From a bacterium (GTDB lineage: Bacteria > SZUA-182 > DTGQ01 > JAFGSM01), in NCBI GenBank assembly GCA_049472315.1, contig JBLIRN010000013.1, positions 9,562 through 73,561 on the forward strand: 64,000 nucleotides of DNA. The letters are read 5' to 3'. Made by a program: the position numbers and the translations under genes. Shown one piece after another: positions 61,101 to 64,000 of the stretch. The notes under the pieces were generated by a model. The model was given only the letters and a program-made list of their open reading frames with translations. It was not told the origin of the DNA and did not search any database. How positions within the stretch are numbered: position 1 is the first letter of the stretch; the number at the start of each line of letters is the position of its first letter.

Positions 61101-64000
61101 CTCGGGATCGCCTATAACACACCCTATTTAAAGGATCTCCTGGCAATCCGCATTTCTTCCGGTCCTTCATGGCTCAGGGTTTCACCCGGATCAGGCATCG
61201 TCCCTCCCGACCGGAGCGCCAATGTGGATGTGACCTTTGATGCCACCGGTCTTGTGGCAGGGGTATATGAAATTACGATGGAGATAGGCCACAATGCCAT
61301 AAATGCCCCTGATCCCATGCCTGTCCCCTGCACGCTGGCGGTGAATAGCTTTAGAAGCCTCGATGTTTCCCCTGCCGGTCATGATTTCGGAGATGTATTT
61401 ATAGGGGCCAGCGATTCCGTGGCCATCACGTTGACGAACAAGGGTAATCACATAACCACAGTGAGTGCTATTATTCTGAATAATTCGGAGTTCAGCCATG
61501 ATGCAATGACTCCCCTGGAGATACCGCCCTTTGGCAGCGTCAGTTTTGATGCCTCGTTTACTCCTGAAGACGTAGGCCCGGAAACAGGCGTCGTGACGAT
61601 CACCAGTGATGCAAAGGATAATCCCATTCTTACGGTTACCCTTTCCGGTATGGGTTTGTTTCCTCCGGAGATCATGATCAGCCCGGATAGCTTCTCCGAG
61701 ATGTTGGATCTCGGGGGTCGTGTCACCAGGACACTGACCATCACCAACACGGGTGTCAGTGATCTTGAATTCGATATTGTCGGTGAAAGGGTGGATGCAC
61801 TCGATGATACGACAACTGACGGCCGGGAGATTGATCTGAATGATGCGATCAATGTATTGGTCCTTTCCACCTGCGATTATGACTGGGTAGCTGCAAATTT
61901 CGGCGCCAACATGACGGATATGGCATTTGAAACCATGGACATAAATCTTGATATTCCGGATTTGGAATATCTCCGATTATTTGATGTCGTTTTGCTCTTT
62001 CAATGCTGGACATCCGATGTCTCCCCCCAGGTGGGTGATGCATTGTATGATTATGTGACGTCCGGCGGCAATCTGGTCCTCGGGCTGGAATATTGGGCCA
62101 CCAGTGAGATAGGACTGGGGTGGGGTGCCCTTGCAACCATCGATCCACTCTATGGTGGAATGTCTGATTACACCTACGAAGAGCTGGATACGGAGAGCAT
62201 CGTACCGCATCCCTTGACCGCGGGGCTCACCGAATTGGGCTGTATTGCGCGCGGCGGGCCTGAGACCGTGCGTGAAGATGCAACAACAGTGGCATGGTGG
62301 ACGGACGGCGATCCCCTGATCACGTTTAACGAGCCGGGGGGAAGAATCACCGCCGTTACGGCGTTGCCTTCAGAGCCCCAGTATAACCCGGTTATGGGGG
62401 ATTTCTATCTGCTGTGGGAAAATGCGCTGAAATGGACGGCTGAGGGGGGAACACCTCAATGGCTCTCGGTAATACCGGAATCCGCGACCGTCATGCCCGG
62501 CGCATCCATAGCAATAGATGTCACCTTTGACGCCACGGATATGGTTGCAGGTACGTATCGTGCCAACCTGAACATCAACCACAATGCACTCAATGAGCCC
62601 AATCCCTTGCCTGTTCCCTGCTCAATGCTTGTCAACGGCGTAAAACGACTTGCGGTGTCACCTTCCAGCATTGATTTTGGCAATATGTTTGCGGGAGGAA
62701 TGAAGGTGGTAACCATGACCTTGACCAATGCCGGCAATGATACGACTATGGTGAGTGAGATCAGCACGGATAATCCGGTGTTCGGTGTTAAGGCAATTCT
62801 GCCCATGAAGGTCCCGCCCTTCGGCAGTACAACCTTTGATGCCCTATTCATACCCTTCGATCTGGGTACTGAAACAGGCACCATGGTGATCAGCAGCGAT
62901 GCAGAGGATAATCCGACACTCGTCGTTGATCTTGCCGGTACGGGCGTACCTCCTCCGGAGATCAGTGTTCACCCGGACGGCTTCTCCGAGAAATTGGATC
63001 CGGGATATGCGGTCACAAGGACGATGACCATAACGAACAGCGGCGGATATGATCTGGAGTTTGCCATCAGCGGACCCACCATAGCGGGTATGGCGGGCAT
63101 CGAGCCGTACCGGTATGATTCGACCCATTATGAAAGGATTCCCAAGGGTTCGGAAGACCCGCGTATAGGGCAGCCAGTCGTGTATGATAGCGGCGGCCCG
63201 GATGGCTTCGGATACACGTGGGTCGATTCCGACGAGCCGGGTGGCCCTGTGTTTGAATGGATAGATATCGCTGATCCGGCCAACCGGCTCTACATATCGG
63301 ACGCCGATGATGATTTTCAGGAGGTGCCGCTCAGCTTCCCGTTCAGCTTCTACGGGGTTGAATATACCAGCATTTTTGCAGGAAGCAACGGCTACATCAC
63401 CTTCGGCCTGGGCAGCTACGAATGCTCTCATTTCCCGATTCCGTATCCCTATATGCCCGCCATGGTAGCAGGATTCTGGAGCGATCTCTGCCCTGCGATG
63501 TCAGGAGACATCTACTTTAAGGATCTTGGCGACAGGGCGATCGTTCAATTTGAAAATGTGACGCATATCAGTGACATAGGGGTGTACACCTTTCAAATGG
63601 TGCTTTGTGCGGATGGGGCCATTCATCTCTATTATAAAGAGCTGATGGGCAACGCGGCCATGTCGGCCGTAGGAATCCAGGATGCATGGGGAGTTGACGG
63701 GCTCGGGATCGCCTATAATACCCCCTATCTAAAGGATTTCCTGGCAATCCGCATTGCCGCCGGTCCATCCTGGCTCAAGGTTTCACCCGGATCGGGCATC
63801 GTTCCTCCCGGCAAGAGCGTCGATGTGGATGTGACCTTTGATGCCACCGGCCTTATGGCGGAGGTATATGAACTCACCATGGAGATAGGCCACAATGCCA
63901 CAAATGCACCGAGTCCCCTACTTGTCCCCTGCGCATTGGGGGTGAATACGATGAGACGACTCGATGTCTCCCCTGCCGGTCATGATTTCGGCAATGTATG
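55110..64000 (+). CDS. Giant secreted S8 subtilase-family multidomain protein (more than 2960 aa, partial, running off the window). It carries an N-terminal signal anchor, an S8 pro-domain with D/H/S catalytic core, at least 8 ASH/choice-of-anchor-D-like Ig domains, and two pairs of duplicated about 200-aa modules.
   Basis: GAGGGAGG Shine-Dalgarno sequence and ATG at 55110. No stop codon for 8.9 kb. DTGID / HGHGTHCAG / GTSMAAPHVAG triad motifs. Repeated HDFG.V..G.S...T.TN.G......FEATFAP.D.GP..G.MTITSDA.DNP modules. Confidence 0.85.
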   Translation, partial: MKGSGISNVSDKGRLHVIIVVLFMLMLFVASGFIECIPMMFFERMSLKKTAMAEIMGFMDNNPLYSPQETGLKDGKDDKDGKGGRHDDEDLSVSPTSHDFGDVQIGTRGSVTITLTNTGDDRIRVKKIRIKNKEFSHNAEIPLSIPPFGSVSFEAMFTPADEGITTGILKITSDKHHGHDLEVILTGTGIPSPGARLDPSLLHFTLEPSDPPADLQSILSNIGKGILSYQIISVEETGNPLGILSEQKISLKSGAKTAPVNTSLIYSQGSYNNSFAPGRIIVGLKDGAESFADADLLNNIGAGSMRELATARRPWTGSRSYFGRKLFLLSMDNQTEQGVIDAIAILKEDANVAYVQPDFRVSAIGVIPNDPDFGLLYAMHNEGQTGGSPDADIDAPEAWDTHTGTGNILVGVIDTGIDYTHPDLVDNIWTNPGEIPGNGIDDDGNGYVDDVYGWDFCNDDNDPWDDHGHGTHCAGTIAATGNNGIGVVGVSWKAGLVALKCLDWSGSGWTSDAVDAVAYANAMGIPVTSNSWGGGPYDQALKDVIDAAGSLGYLFVAAAGNSGMNNDVLPDYPSGYDCENIIAVAATDHNDQLASFSNYGPITVDLGAPGVDIYSCLPLEGYAYKSGTSMAAPHVAGAAALVWSHNPGLSGAQVKAAILEGVDVVPSLTGMVLSEGRLNVNQALEKTGLPWLWAAPVEPGTLNPGAGQPITVTVDPEGLVAGQWTGLITLSTNDPVNPTPTIEVIADISGCRTLSVSPDFHDFGEVWVGGDSSVTITLKNGCNDRTTVSAITTDKGVFGHDAVLPLEVPPFGSVSFEATFAPVDEGPAKGIMTITSDAQDNPLLEVILSGTGLFPPEIEIDPESFSEVLDLGDRVTRTLTITNSGGDDLIFDISIEGVEGLSVKVEDVVSSQPSKAFISSDVRPGFRYENNSTPGYQYNVNDLHNSNLGIRLDRVINVLVMSPVSDYDWVAENFGANMTDVTFETYDIGYDVPDLEYLQAFDVVLMFRNFPAENSPGVGDRLYEYVMSGGNLVMGNFYWMERDWGMGWGALETIDPVYEGACDGSYAKLDTKSIIPHPLTTGLTELGCIGRGGPVTVRDGATAVAWWTDGDPLLVFNEPAGRITAVTVFPAAPFYEPVVGDFYLLWENALKWTAEGGKRWLSVDLSSGRIPAGMSLAIEVSFDAMDMVADTYLGNLNISHNALNATDPLSVPCTMVVNAVKHLDVSPAVHDFGKVWTGTNGSVTLTLTNSGNGATTVRGIAIDNLAFGHDAVLPLEVPPFGSAGVEATFAPLDDGPATGIMTITSDAADNPSLTVTLSGTGVLPPEIRVTPEGFSEVLDPGDSAVRTLTITNIGGEDLEFGMNIEMLGAPEALSADAGIVNILVWNKYSDNSPTGEYVNTLNAIAAYCTDFTAEPTDVTDPIALQALLTGKEVFLIPEQERALPDITTIGASWAPVLSDFVSSGGTVIFCGEFWASNGFITSTGLMEVALVRTSINVPLTVVAPDHPLAEDVPGSLRGENATGWYDVRTPDADVVVVESASYYPVVASRGLGSGNVVLLGFDYYLYNNDMARIIANAVQFGPTWLSVKPVSGIVPPGLSIEIAVSFDARDMVADTYLANLNISHNALNAPDPISVPCMMGVNAMKLLDVTPDSHDFGNVFVEETESVILTLTNSGNDTCTVSAIEIDNPVFTHDAMIPLEVPAFGSVSFEATFAPEDKGPATGIMTITSDADDNPSIEVTLSGTGVFPALIEITPEILSEVLDLGDIVTRTLTITNSGGIDLEFAISGPTIESMAGVEPYTYDSSHYERIPKGSEDPRIGQIVPYDMGGPDVFGYRWVDSDEPGGPVFEWIDIVDPANWLYISDADDDYQELPLSFPFSFYGVEYTSIFVGSNGYITFDQGSYECSHSPIPSPYMPAMVAGFWSDLYPGVLGDIYFKDLGDRAIVQFENVMHISGMGIYTFQMVLHAHGTINLYYKEMMGDASFSTVGIQDEWGADGLGIAYNTPYLKDLLAIRISSGPSWLRVSPGSGIVPPDRSANVDVTFDATGLVAGVYEITMEIGHNAINAPDPMPVPCTLAVNSFRSLDVSPAGHDFGDVFIGASDSVAITLTNKGNHITTVSAIILNNSEFSHDAMTPLEIPPFGSVSFDASFTPEDVGPETGVVTITSDAKDNPILTVTLSGMGLFPPEIMISPDSFSEMLDLGGRVTRTLTITNTGVSDLEFDIVGERVDALDDTTTDGREIDLNDAINVLVLSTCDYDWVAANFGANMTDMAFETMDINLDIPDLEYLRLFDVVLLFQCWTSDVSPQVGDALYDYVTSGGNLVLGLEYWATSEIGLGWGALATIDPLYGGMSDYTYEELDTESIVPHPLTAGLTELGCIARGGPETVREDATTVAWWTDGDPLITFNEPGGRITAVTALPSEPQYNPVMGDFYLLWENALKWTAEGGTPQWLSVIPESATVMPGASIAIDVTFDATDMVAGTYRANLNINHNALNEPNPLPVPCSMLVNGVKRLAVSPSSIDFGNMFAGGMKVVTMTLTNAGNDTTMVSEISTDNPVFGVKAILPMKVPPFGSTTFDALFIPFDLGTETGTMVISSDAEDNPTLVVDLAGTGVPPPEISVHPDGFSEKLDPGYAVTRTMTITNSGGYDLEFAISGPTIAGMAGIEPYRYDSTHYERIPKGSEDPRIGQPVVYDSGGPDGFGYTWVDSDEPGGPVFEWIDIADPANRLYISDADDDFQEVPLSFPFSFYGVEYTSIFAGSNGYITFGLGSYECSHFPIPYPYMPAMVAGFWSDLCPAMSGDIYFKDLGDRAIVQFENVTHISDIGVYTFQMVLCADGAIHLYYKELMGNAAMSAVGIQDAWGVDGLGIAYNTPYLKDFLAIRIAAGPSWLKVSPGSGIVPPGKSVDVDVTFDATGLMAEVYELTMEIGHNATNAPSPLLVPCALGVNTMRRLDVSPAGHDFGNV

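Overview
This is a high-GC (roughly 58%) bacterial chromosomal segment of mostly housekeeping genes, with several accessory-looking insertions. The gene content (sigma-54 regulators, DUF362 Fe-S proteins, a ferredoxin-fused EtfA, FdhD next to a selenocysteine tRNA) looks like an anaerobic Desulfobacterota or Deltaproteobacteria-like organism, but that is an inference.

Core genes are a plsX-fabH ... fabD-fabG-acpP-fabF-rnc-tatA fatty-acid cluster preceded by yceD-rpmF, plus secA, pgi, murJ, rpsT, nrdR, nnr, fdhD, tRNA-Asp, tRNA-Val and tRNA-Sec. Other recognisable genes include a sigma-54 regulator/sensor kinase pair, two tandem histidine kinases, a DinG-like helicase, an M23 peptidase and a CN-hydrolase.

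Features that stand out:
- (1) A tight operon at about 1.3-3.1 kb: consensus promoter, a 20-codon Cys-rich micro-ORF, a hairpin with a T-tract, a Cys-rich ~120-aa protein, and a radical SAM/SPASM maturase. It is either a candidate RiPP-like cluster or a cysteine-sensing leader-peptide attenuator.
- (2) A secreted (GGYGGYGGLL)n glycine/tyrosine-repeat protein encoded by 33-bp DNA tandem repeats, sitting behind an 850-bp AT-rich leader region.
- (3) The fab operon is interrupted between fabH and fabD by a dispersed MITE-like repeat and an acyl-CoA dehydrogenase plus EtfB and ferredoxin-fused EtfA module. No fabI-type enoyl reductase is visible.
- (4) tRNA-Sec (selC) is followed by about 1 kb of non-coding DNA and a small glycosyltransferase/ABC-2 exporter cluster.
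- (5) A secreted low-complexity protein built around a subtilase-propeptide (I9-like) domain.
- (6) A 1.3-kb AT-rich (about 33% GC) island carrying a perfect TTGACA-N17-TATGAT promoter. It precedes a giant secreted S8 subtilase-family protein with many ASH/choice-of-anchor-D-like Ig domains and internally duplicated modules. That ORF is more than 2960 codons, open to the window end and absent from the ORF track.
- (7) A dispersed repeat family with about 31-bp terminal inverted repeats at about 6.7 kb and about 28 kb.

No CRISPR array, integrase or transposase was seen.
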